Both the position numbers and the translations under genes were made by a program. This document shows positions 12,390-26,962 of a stretch of DNA of 64,000 bases, one piece after another. A model generated the notes under the pieces. The model worked only from the letters and a program-made list of their open reading frames with translations. It was not told the DNA's origin and made no database searches. Position 1 is the first letter of the stretch. The number at the start of each line of letters is the position of its first letter. Source of the DNA: the human T2T-CHM13v2.0 reference genome, Homo sapiens; assembly GCF_009914755.1 (NCBI RefSeq), contig NC_060947.1; one strand, 5' to 3'.

Positions 12390-12770
12390 AAAGGGGAGTT
12401 TATTAAGTATTAACTTACATGATCACAAGGCCCCACAATAGGCTGTCTGGTAGCTGAGGAGCAGGGAGAGCCTGTCTGAGTCCCAAAACTGAAGAACTTG
12501 GAGTCTGAATTTCGACGGCAGGAAACATCCAGCATGGGAGAACGATGTAGGCTGGGAGGCTAGGCCCGTCTCTCCTTTTCACGTTTTTCTGCCTCCTTTA
12601 TATTCACCAGCAGCTGAATAGATTGTGCCCACCAGATTAAAGGATCTGCCTTCCCCAGCCCCCTGACTCAAATGTTAATCTCTTTTTTCAATACCCTCAC
12701 AGACGCAACCAGGATCAATACTTTGTACTTTTCAGATCAGTCAAGTTGACACTCGGTAATAACCATCATC
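11933..12770 (-). repeat. MLT2A1-like 3' LTR with (TG)n/(TA)n tract and an inverted duplication
   Basis: TGTATTAGTCAGAGTTCTCTTAGAGGGACAGAAC...CAAGTTGACACTCGGTAATAACCATC. Homologous to 18174-19009. The PPT-like AGGGTGGACT (minus) is adjacent. Confidence 0.92.
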
Positions 12771-13126
12771 AGTCCACCCTTGTCAACTTGAACCCATACA
12801 TGTATGCTGAGATCATACATGATCTTCAAATAAAGACAATAATAAGGTCATAATTTTGCCTAACATAATAAAACTATCCTTCGTACAAATGGAAATGCAC
12901 CAATCCCCAACCCAAATACTAATACATAAAGTTAACAATGCTTAAATGCTGATATGAAGTCAATAAATCTTATGTCACACAAAGGAAAAGGAAATAAAAT
13001 GAAGATTTCTTTGTACAAGTGTATACATGCACAAACATGTTTTAAACAAAAGAAGGGGGAAATACTCATGACAGTTACAATACTTGTTTCTGCAGCTGGT
13101 CACGTGGTCGTAGCTAGTATTGATGA

Positions 13127-13540
13127 CTACCTTCTTCTACACCCATTCTGTATTCCCTTTGCCTTCAGCGAGCACCTCAGCAGGTTATGGTTTTTCCCCA
13201 GTGAAGTGACCTGAACCTTCATTCCTGAGGGATCTGGACCATTTGTAGTCCTGTCTGGATTGGGCTGTTGTGGTTTCCCATTGACCTTAATCACAGGGCA
13301 TGGTAATACTAAGAGACGCCTTAATGGATCTCCTGTATTCCATGCATACACTTCCTTACCTCCATTGTGGTGTGGTTGACTGATTTCATCTTGATAGTCC
13401 AGGTCAATCACCTCAGCCAACACTGTAACTCCCTTCTTAGCCTGTTGACTTAAAGGTAGGAGGAGCCCAAAGTGTCCAGGTGTCAATCTTTGCTTCCAGT
13501 TTATGGAATTATGGTTGTGTCTCATGGTGGCAGTGTTCAT
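13127..13540 (-). pseudogene. HERV-L dUTPase remnant (plus distal pol end)
   Basis: PGHFGLLLPLSQQAKKGVTVLAEVIDLDYQDEI matches degenerate dUTPase motifs 2/3. A dUTPase downstream of IN is characteristic of ERV-L. Confidence 0.85.
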
Positions 13541-16260
13541 CCTTCTGGAACTAAGACCTCTAGGCCAGCAAAATGTAATGTCATGGGAATAGGAAGCAAA
13601 AATTTGGCTAGTGGATCACTAGGGGTGATGGTGAGTGGTGCCACTTCCACTTCCACACCTTGATTCCTGGACTCATGAATCTTGGTTATGGGAGAAACAG
13701 TACCATATATTGGATGCTGATTCAGAGCATACATGGCCTTCTGGAGAATTTTGCCCCAGTCCTGCATAGTATTGTCACCTAGTTGGCATTGTACTTATGA
13801 CTCCAAAAGGCAGTACCACTGTTGTATCAATTCAGCTGATTCAGGAAGATGGGGCACATGGTAAGACCAATGAATTCCATCAGCATGAGCTCACTGCCAC
13901 ACTTCTTTAACCATAAAGTGAGTGCCTTGGTCAGAGGCAATGTTCTGTGGAATACCATGACGGTGGATAAGGCATCCTGTGAGTCCACGGATAGTAGTTT
14001 TGGCAGAAACATTGCTTGCACGATGGGCAGGCACAGTGTTGGTCTCTGCAACTGGCAAATTGGACCCTCATCAGTGGCTATAGCCAGGTCAGCTTTGGTG
14101 AGTGGAAATCCATGTTGCTGAGCCCATAGGTAACCTCCATCCCTGCCACCATGGCCACTTTGTTCATGGGCCCATTGGGTGATGAAAAGGATGGCTGGGG
14201 AAAGAGGCTGAGGGGTGTCCTCAGAATGGTTCATCCCATCCACTTGATTGTTAAAATCTTCCTCTGTTGAGGTCACCCATTGGTGAGCACTCTCATGGGA
14301 TACAAATATCTTCACAGTTTTTGACCATTCAGAGAGGTCCATCCACAGACCTCTTCCTCAAATTTCTGTGTCACCAATTTTCCAATCATGCTTCTTCCAA
14401 GTCCCTGACCATCCAGACAAACCATTGGCTACAGCCCATGAATCAGTATATAATCATCCTAGAAAAGGGCTGTAGTGCTGCAGCTGTCCCCTTTCGGGTG
14501 ATGCCTGCATATCGTGTAGAACCATCTGTGAACCAGGCCCTAGTCTTCTCTTCCTCTGTCAACTGATCATAGGGAACTCCCCATGAGGCCATCAGTGCAG
14601 GCTGGGGGAGAGAAGGCAGTGTGGCAAGAGTGAAGACCATGGGCATTTGAGCCACTTCCCCATGTAACTTACTTGTGTCTTCAGGACATGCTTGAGGCTG
14701 ATCACATATATACCACTTCCACTTGATGATGGAATGCTGCTGTGCATGATCCACTTTATGGCTAGATGGGTCAGAAAGCACCCAGTTCATGATAGGCAGG
14801 CCAGGTCACATGGCGACTTGATGGCCCATAGTCAAACGTTCAGCATCCACCAAAGCCCAGTAACAGGCCAAGAGCTGTCTCTCAAAAGGAGAGTAGTTAT
14901 CTGCATAAGATGACAGGGCCTTGCCCCCAAATTCTAGAGACCTCTGCTGTGATTCACCTATGGGAGCCTGCCAAAGGCTCCAAACAGCATCCCTATCTGC
15001 CACTAACACCTCAAGCACCATTGGATTTGCAGGATTATATGGCCCAAGTGGCAGTGTAGCTTGCCCATTAGCCTGGACCTGTTGCAGAGCCTTCTCCTGT
15101 TCTGGACCCCACCCAAAACAGGCAGCCTTTCAGGTCACTCGATAAATGGGCTGGAGTAACACACCCAAATAAGGAATGTATTGCCTCCAAAATCCAAATA
15201 GGCCCACTAGGCATTGTGCCTCTTTCTTGATTGTAGGAGAGGCTAAATGCAGCAACTTAACCTTTACCTTAGAAGGGATATCTTGACAGGCCCCACACCA
15301 CAGTACCCCTAGAAATTTTACTGAGGTAGAAGGTCTCTGAATTTTAGTGGGATTTATTTCCCATACTCTGGCATGCAAATGTCTTGCCAATACCTTTAGT
15401 GTGTTTGCTACTTCTTGCTCACTGGATCCAATCAGCATAATGTCATCAATGTAATGGACCAGCGTGATATCTTGAAGAAGCGAAAAGCAATCAAGGTGTC
15501 TTCGAATAAGATTATGACACAAAGCCAGAGTTGATATGCTCCTGAGGTAAGACAGTAAAAGTATATTGCTGGCCTTTCCAGCTGAAGGCAAATTTCTTCT
15601 GGTGGGCCTTATGGACAGGAATGGAGAAAAGGGCATTTGCCAAGTCAATGACTCCATACCAGGTACCAAGAGATGTGTTAATTTGCTCAAGCAATGAAAC
15701 CACATCTGGTACAGCAGCTGCAGTTGGAATCACCACTTGGTTAAGATTATGATAATCAACTGTCATTCTCCAAGATCCATCTGTCTTCTGCACAGGCCAA
15801 ATGGGAGAGTTGAATGGGGATGTGGGGGGAATCACCACCCCTGTGTCTTTCAAGTCCATAATGGTGGCACTAATCTCCACAATCCCTCCAGGGATGTGAT
15901 ATTGTTTTTGATTTACTATTTTTCTAGGTAGAAGCAGCTCTAATGGCCTCCATTTGGTTTTTCCCACCATAATCGCCCTCACCCTACCAGTCAGGGAGCC
16001 AATGTGGGGGTTCTGCCAGCTGCTAAGTATGTCTATGCCAATTATGCATTCTGGCACTAGGGAAATGATGACAGGATGAGTTCAGGGACCCACTGGACCC
16101 ACTGTAAGTCGGGTCTGAGCTAAAACTCCATTAACTAACTGACCTCTATAAGCCACTACTTTAACTGGAGGACCACAGTGACATTTTGGGTATCAATGAC
16201 AGCTCAAAGCCAGTGTCCAGTAATCTCTGAAATGTCTGATCATTTCTCTTTTCCCAATGC
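13537..16260 (-). pseudogene. HERV-L pro-pol (protease, RT, RNase H, integrase), multiply frameshifted
   Basis: RT: [23 protein letters not shown] and LVHYIDDIML. RNase H: AWFTDGS. IN HHCC: AHEQSGHGG...CQL. LLDTG-like protease site near 16210-16225. Confidence 0.9.
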
Positions 16261-16399
16261 ACAGTTAACCTGGTAAAAGGCTGGAGGTCTCCTTGGGGAA
16301 AGATGGGAGAAAGATTCACTGCATAAATTGTAGGTTATGTAGTGGTGTCCTTCCTCAAGAGGACCCAGCCTTCCCTTCATTCAAGGGGTTCTGTGTCCA

Positions 16400-18129
16400 T
16401 AAACTGGCTCAAGTCTGGAAATGAGTTGAGGGGCTATGATTCTCTCTTTTTATAATTCAAATTAGCTTTGTGTCCATTCGACCTAGAAGTTTTCTGTTTG
16501 TATAATTTAAGTAGGAATGCAGTAGGCTTCCTATTAATTTCTCTTCTAGGAGCACTGTGATTAATTACCCAATGCCAGAGCTCTACACGAGTCAGAAAAT
16601 TCTGATTGCCTCTTTCCCTCTGCTGTCCATTGTGGTAGCTATGCCCACCTTGCCTTTGATGGTTGAGTGCTGCCACTTGGCCCCTGCCACCTAGGGATCC
16701 AATTATTCCCATTGTATTTAAATTTTGTACTTGAGTGGCTGTGGTTCCCACGATTAGATCTGACATACAGAGAAGAGAAATTACAGGGCTTTTTGCAGAT
16801 GCACGTGCCACCCTCACAAATCTATTTCGCAAGGCATTGGTCCAGGTTATATCTCCTGGGCTGACCTAGCAGTGATGAGTAGGCCTAAAGTGACTTATCC
16901 AATCCACCATACCAATCTCCCTAAGCCTTTGGATCCTTTCCCCTACATTAAACCAAGAGAGATCAGGCATTTCCGGTTTGCTCACAGTGGACTATCTTTT
17001 CATCCATATTTCAGCTAACCAAGCAAATAAAGTATTAGAACCTTTTTAACTCCCTGAGCTGCAATATTAAAAGCAGAGTCCCTACTTAGTGGGCCCAAAT
17101 CAATACATTCAGCCTTATCCAACTCTATATTCCATCTCTCATTATTGCATACCCTTAATATCAATTGCCATGTCTGTTCTCCAGATTTCTCTTTATATAA
17201 ATTAGATAACTCAAACAGTTCTTTACTAGTGTAGTTCACCTCCTCATGGGTCACACTCTTAACCTAACCTCCAGAGACCTGCCAGGACTTTAGTCTAGTT
17301 ATGGGTCTAAAAGCAAACAGGGGTGTTGGGGGTGGCTCCTGAGGAGAATCAACATTATTTTGCCTGGCAACCGCCTCAGGGGAGGCCATCACTATTGCCT
17401 CAGGCATGGCAGGGTTTATCTCCTCAGACAAAGGTGGAAAGGCTGATAGTAGCATGGGTCAGGGAGGGGATGTTGCCACTACTTGGGATGAGGAAGCTGT
17501 TCCTTCTGGCAAAAAAGGTTCATCAGAGTTTACAAACTGAGTGCTCCCAGCTTCATCAGGGTCCTCCCACACGTCCCCATTCCAAGTTTCATGGTCCCAT
17601 TCTTTTCCAATCAATGCTATCATTTTAACAATAGACATCTGGTGAGGCTGTGCATGCACCTTTTGTTGCAGGTCAGCCACTGGCATGATAAGAGCTTGGG
17701 TCTGTTTTTCCAAAATTACAGCTTTTCTCTACAGCAGATAAGACTCTCCCTCAGGGCAATCTTAACAGATTTGAGGCTCAGTATCTGCCTCTGACGCTGG
17801 GAGACACAATCTCTGAGTTCATCATTTTCTTTCATCATTTTGTCCAGTGAACTTAGGAGCAACCAACCAGCTTCATTATGTTCCTTGGTTCTCCACATAT
17901 GGTCAAAGGTATTATGTACAGTGACACTAAGCTCCTTGCCTCTCATAAGTGGTGAATCAGGAGTGTCAAATGCATTTATTTTATTTATTTTGCATAACTC
18001 TCTAAACGGTTCATGGCAAGGACTATCAGTGTTTTCCACATTATTAGAAGTAGAGTCCTTAGCCTTTTTAGGTCTAATCATATTAGGCAGCCAACTCCAG
18101 AGACCCAAAAACCAACAAAAGAACTCCAT
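16400..18129 (-). pseudogene. HERV-L gag remnant
   Basis: ORFs 17716..18129, 17459..17713 (GKEWDHETWNGDVWEDP), 17015..17254 and 16434..16832 (GGRGQVAALNHQRQGG) are typical ERV-L gag. Confidence 0.85.
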
Positions 18130-18150
18130 CCTTAATATTCTGTTCCCCTA

Positions 18151-18168
18151 GAACCACTCCTTATACCA
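18151..18168 (-). promoter_or_regulatory. Primer-binding site, tRNA-Leu type (degenerate)
   Basis: TGGTATAAGGAGTGGTTC on minus just inside the 5' LTR. It resembles TGGTACCAGGAGTGG, the complement of the tRNA-Leu(TAA) 3' end. Confidence 0.7.
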
Positions 18169-18173
18169 AAATC

Positions 18174-19009
18174 TGTATTAATCAAGGTTCTCTTAGAGGG
18201 ACAGAACTAATAGGACAGAACTAATTAGGACAGAAGTAATATATATATATATAATATCATATATATACTATTAAAAGCAGAGTCCCTACTTAGTGGGCCC
18301 AGATCAATACATTCAGCCTTATCCAACTCTATGTTCCTTCCCTCATTATTGCATACCCTTAATATCATATATATCATATATATATCATATATACATATCA
18401 TATATATGATATGTATATCATATATATCAATCATATATATATCATATATATCATATATATATCATATATATCATATATATATCATATATATCATATATAT
18501 ATCATATATATCATATATATATCATATATATCATATATATATCATATATATCATATATATCATATATATATCATATATATCATATATATATCATATATAT
18601 ATCATATATATATCATATATATATCATATATGGGAGTTCATTAAGTATTAACTTACATGATCACAAGGTCCCACAATAGGTTGTCTGCTAGGTGAGGAGC
18701 AAGAAGAGCCAGTCTGAGTCCCAAAACTGAAGAATTTGGAGTCCGATGTTCAAGGGCAGGAAGCATTCAGCATGGGAGAAAGATGTAGGCTGGGAGGCTA
18801 GGCCCCTCTCTTTTTCACGTTTTTCTGCCTGTTTTATATCCGTTGGTAGCTGATTATATTGTGACCACCAGATTAAGGGTGGATCTGCCTTCCCCAGCCC
18901 ACTGACTCAAATGATAATCTCTTTTAGCAACACACCCACAGACACACCCAGGATCAATACTTTGTATCCTTCAATTGAATCAAGTTGACACTCAGTATTA
19001 ACCATCACA
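18174..19009 (-). repeat. MLT2A1-like 5' LTR with gag-derived insert and (ATATATC)n expansion
   Basis: TGTATTAATCAAGGTTCTCTTAGAGGGACAGAAC...CAGTATTAACCATCACA. Confidence 0.92.
18362..18631. repeat. Compound (ATATATC / ATATATATC)n tandem repeat
   Basis: About 270 bp of interleaved 9- and 11-nt TCATATATA(TA) units, seen directly. Confidence 0.95.
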
Positions 19010-19453
19010 AGGGTATTGCTTGCAGAGTAACTAGTGTCCAGGGAGATCATAACTTAAGATCAGTTATCTGCTTAAAATTTATGTTTATCATATTATAAAA
19101 TTGGTTAAATTCTTTAAAAATTTGTCTTGATAACTGCAGTTTTGCCTTTAAGACTTGCAATTAATACCCCTATTCTATTGCATTCCCTCAATTCTATCTC
19201 TTGTAGGAAAGGTCCATAAAACTTTCAAGGGTAAATCACGAGAAAGATGAATAAGAACAGGAGATTGTGAGTCCCCTTGGAAAGGCTACAGAGACTGAAT
19301 TAGGTAAGGTCATTAGATGCAGAGGTTTTAAGACGGTGCTTCATAGACTTTTGTATTTAATGAACCAATGCTAACTTTAAAAAATGATTAGGAATGAACA
19401 TATTCCTAAGGTGTTTGTTGGTGGTGGTATTTTCGAAGTAAGGCCATTAAAAC

Positions 19454-19454
<1 letters not shown>

Positions 19455-19500
<46 letters not shown>
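19455..19500. repeat. (CA)n microsatellite
   Basis: Uninterrupted AC run, seen directly. Confidence 0.97.
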
Positions 19501-19501
<1 letters not shown>

Positions 19502-20000
19502 AAAAACACTTTGTATTGGCTGGGTCAATGCTTTTCAATGTCCCTCTAAAAACTATCCAAAATAAGTATAAGTATGTTTTTGCAAGGCAAATGGCTCATT
19601 TACAACCATTCATTGTCCCAAACTCCTCATAGGTAACATTTTTGGAAACATAACTAACCATATTCTATCCTATCTCTTAATAACAGAAACAGTATTTTGT
19701 AATAACTAATACAGGAAAGATACGGTCTTAGGACATATTTCCTGCAGTTTGAAACCAATGTGTTCAAATATGAACTCTGCTTCTATCTTAAAAAAAATCT
19801 TATTTCATCCCTAAATGCGACCCTTTGGCTAGAAACGCAAGGACTATTTTGAGTAGTCATCCAGGATACCTTCTTCATCTTCACCTTCAATGTTTAACTG
19901 GACATTCAGTCCAGCTAGTTCTATTTCATTGTACCTCTTGAATCTGTTTGTTCCAGCACCTTTCTTAAGGTTCTCATTATTTCTTTCTGTCATGGACTAT

Positions 20001-20181
20001 ATTAGAATGGGCATACAAAATTCAGGATGCTGAATTAAATTTAATTTCAAATAAACAATGAGACATTTGAGCATATATTAAGTATTACATGGAACATATT
20101 TACAATAAAGAAATCATTGTTTAACTGAGATTCAATTTAACTGGGCATACTGTATTTTCATTTGCTCCATTTGGCAACCCT
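20001..20181. mobile_element. MER53-like hAT MITE (palindromic)
   Basis: CAGGATGCTGAATTAAATTTAATTTCAAATAAACAA...TTCAATTTAACTGGGCATACTGTATTTT...TGGCAACCCT. Confidence 0.75.
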
Positions 20182-20534
20182 TGACTAAGTGCAAAAGATT
20201 CTTTTCTCTAGGGAGTATCCTCTCTAGTTCCTCTTTAACACTGAGCCCCATTATTTACTTCTTAAAAAGTAAATTGGGGTAGGAGTTTTCAAGATGGCTG
20301 AATAGGAACAGCTCCAGTCTACAGCTCCCAGCATGAGTGACACAGAAGATGAATGATTTCTGCATTTCTAACTGAGGTACCAGGTTCATCTCATTGGGAC
20401 TGGTTGGACAGTGGGTGCAGCCCACAGAGTGTGAGCTGAAACAGTGCAGGGCATCGCCTCACCTGGGAAGTGCAAGGGGTCAGGGAATTCCCTTTCCTAG
20501 CCAAGGGAAGCCGTGACAGACGGTACCTGGAAAG

Positions 20535-20717
20535 TCAGGACACTCCCACCCTAATACTGCACTTTTCCAATGGTCTTAGCAAATGGCACACCAGGAGATT
20601 ATTTTGCACACCTAGCTCAGCGGGTCCCGAGCCCACGGAGCCTCGCTCACTGCTAGCACAGTAGTCCGAGATCAAACTGCGAGGAGGCAGCGAGGCTGGG
20701 GGAGAGACGTCCGCCAT
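20535..20717 (-). pseudogene. L1 antisense ORF0 remnant (60 aa, premature stop)
   Basis: MADVSPPASLPPRSLISDYCASSERGSVG...IRVGVS* is homologous to primate ORF0 (MAGAPPPASLPPCSLISDCCAS...). Confidence 0.8.
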
Positions 20718-21316
20718 TGCTGAGGCTTGTCTAGGTAAACAAAGTGGCCCAGAAGCTCGAACTGGGTGGAGCCCACTGCAGGTCAAGAGGCTAGCCAGCC
20801 TCTGTAGACTCTATCTCTGGGGGCAGGGCATAGCTGAACAAAAGGGAGCAGAAACTTCTGCAGACTTAAATGTCCCCATCTGACAGCTTTAAAGAGAGCA
20901 GTGGTTCTCCCAGCATGGAGTCTGAGATCTGAGAACAGACACACTGCCTCCTCAAGTGGGTCCCTGACCCCCGAGTAGCCTAACTACGAGACGCCTCCCA
21001 GTAGGGGCCGACTGACACCTCATAAAGCTGGGTGACCCTCTGAGACGAAGCTTCCAGAGGAAGGATCAGGCAGCAACATTTGCTGTTCTGCAATATTTGC
21101 TGTCCTGCAGCCTCCACTGGTGATACCCAGGCAAACAGGGTCTGGAGTGGACCTCCAGCAAACACCAACAGACCTGCAGCTAAGGGTCCTGACTGTTAGA
21201 AGGAAAACTAACAAACAGAAAGGAATAGCATCAACATCAACAAAAAGGACATCCACACCAAAACTCCATCTGTAGGTCACCATCATCAAAGACCAAAGGT
21301 ACATAAAACCACAAAG

Positions 21317-22341
21317 ATGGAGAGAAACCAGAGCAGAAAAGCTGAAAATTCTAAAAACCAGAGTGCCCCTTCTCCTCCAAATGATTGCGGCTCCTCACCA
21401 GCAATGGAACAAAACTCAACAGAGAATGACTTTGAGGAGTTGACAGAAGAAGGCTTCAGAAGATCAGTAATAACAAACTCCTCCGAGCTAAAGGAGGATG
21501 TTCGAACCCATCACAAGGAAGCTAAAATCCTTGAAAAAAGATGAGAAGAATGGCTAACTAGAATAAACAGTGTAAAGAAGACCTTAAAGGACCCGATGGA
21601 GCTGAAAACCATGGGACGAGAACTACCTGATGCATGCACAAGCTTCAGTAGTTGATTTGATCAAGTGGAAGAAAGGGCATCAGTGATTGAAGATCAAATG
21701 AATGAAATGAAGCAAGAAGAAGGTTTAGAGAAAAAAAGAGTAAAAAGAAATGAACAAAGCCTCCAAGAAATATGGGAACATGTGAAGAGACAAAATCTAC
21801 GTTTGATTGGTGTACCTGAAAGTGACGGGGAGAATGGAACCAACTTGGAAAACACTCTTTAGGATATTATCCAGGAGAACTTCTCCAACGTAGAAAGGCA
21901 GGCCGACATTCAAATTCAGGAAATACAGAGAACACCACAAAGATACTCCTCGAGAAGAGCAACTCCAAGACACATAATTGTCAGATTCACCAAGGTTGAA
22001 ATGAAGGAAAAAATGTTAAGGGCAGCCAGAGATGAAGGGCTGATTGCCCAAAAAGGGAAGCCCATCAGACGAACAGCGATCTTGCAGCAGAAACTCTATA
22101 AGCCAGAAGAGAGTGGGGGCCAATATTCAACATTCGTAAAGAAAAGAATTTTCAACTCACATTTTCAAATTCAGCCAAACTAAGCTTCATAAGTGAAGGA
22201 GAAATAAAATCCTTTACAGACAAGCAAATGCTGAGAGACTTTGTCACCACCAGGCCTGCCCTAAAAGAGCTCCTGAAGGAAGCACTAAACATAGAAAGGA
22301 AAAACCAGTACCAGCCACTGCAAAAACATGCCAAATTGTAA
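21317..22341 (+). pseudogene. L1 ORF1, disrupted
   Basis: Fragments MERNQSRKAENSK, RNEQSLQEIWEHVK and MKEKMLRAARD, with stops and frameshifts. Confidence 0.92.
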
Positions 22342-22404
22342 AGAACATCGATGCTAGGAAGAAATAGCATCAACTAGCGAGGAAAATAACCAGCTAACAT
22401 CATA

Positions 22405-26166
<3,762 letters not shown>

Positions 26167-26599
26167 ACAATGAGAACACTTGGACACAGGGTGGGGAACA
26201 TCACATACCGGGGCCTTTCATGGAGCGGGGGAGGGGGGAGGGATAGCCTTAGGAGAAGTACCTAATGTAAATGACAAGTTAATGAGTGCAGCACACCAAC
26301 ATGGCACATGTATACATATGTAACAAACTTGCACGTTGTTCACGTGTACCCTATAACTTAAAGTATAATAATAATAAAAAAAAGCAAATTGGATTATAGA
26401 AGTGTCTTACTTAAGAAGAACCTCTTTTGCATCTTTATTTCCTATAATAGAACTTTGAAATTGCATAGCTTGTCTTCTATGGCCATTCACATTAGGTTTT
26501 AAAGTATCTTTGGAGTTACATCATCTACCACAGGTCCCCAGGCCATGTGCAGGTTATTCCACACTGGACTTCTTGTTATTGCGTGAACTCAAGCACGAT

Positions 26600-26962
26600 T
26601 TGAATATGTGATTTCTTTTGTGTGAAACATCCATTTTCCGCTTCATTACCTAGAAACCTCTTATATAATTTAAGAAAAAATTCTAATAATAATTCTTTTT
26701 CAATGTTAATTTATTAACTCTTTTTTCTTCCAGTATTTTTAAATTCCAACATTCTCAAGTTTTTTCAGCAACCGTTTCTGTGGCACTTTGTTATGATAAT
26801 TGCCCACACTGTACTGTGGTGATCTGTTTGCAGAGTTGTTTCTCTGTCACTTGACATGATCTACCACAAATAAGTGATGACAGTGTATTATTTATCTCTG
26901 CATCTCTAATATTTAACTGAGTGCCCCACATTCAGTAGATTTTCAACAAATGCTTGATGAAC
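26600..26962 (+). mobile_element. L2 3' end relic
   Basis: Ends GTGCCCCACATTCAGTAGATTTTCAACAAATGCTTGATGAA, an L2 terminus-like motif. Boundaries are approximate. Confidence 0.55.

Larger units (their letters stand above)
11933..19009 (-). mobile_element. HERV-L (ERVL) provirus with two MLT2A LTRs
   Basis: Perfect 5-bp TSD AGGGT at 11928-11932 and 19010-19014. TG..CA termini. gag, pro, RT, RNase H, IN and dUTPase remnants lie in order on minus, with no env. Confidence 0.95.

Noticed and set aside
18225-18651. I/Y/S/H-rich ORFs and a regular array that could be mistaken for a CRISPR array or repeat protein
   Set aside because: They are translations of a simple tandem repeat, with no unique spacers.
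20001-20181. Palindromic segment (also 46156-46362)
   Set aside because: These are the intrinsic inverted repeats of MER53-like and MER6-like MITEs.
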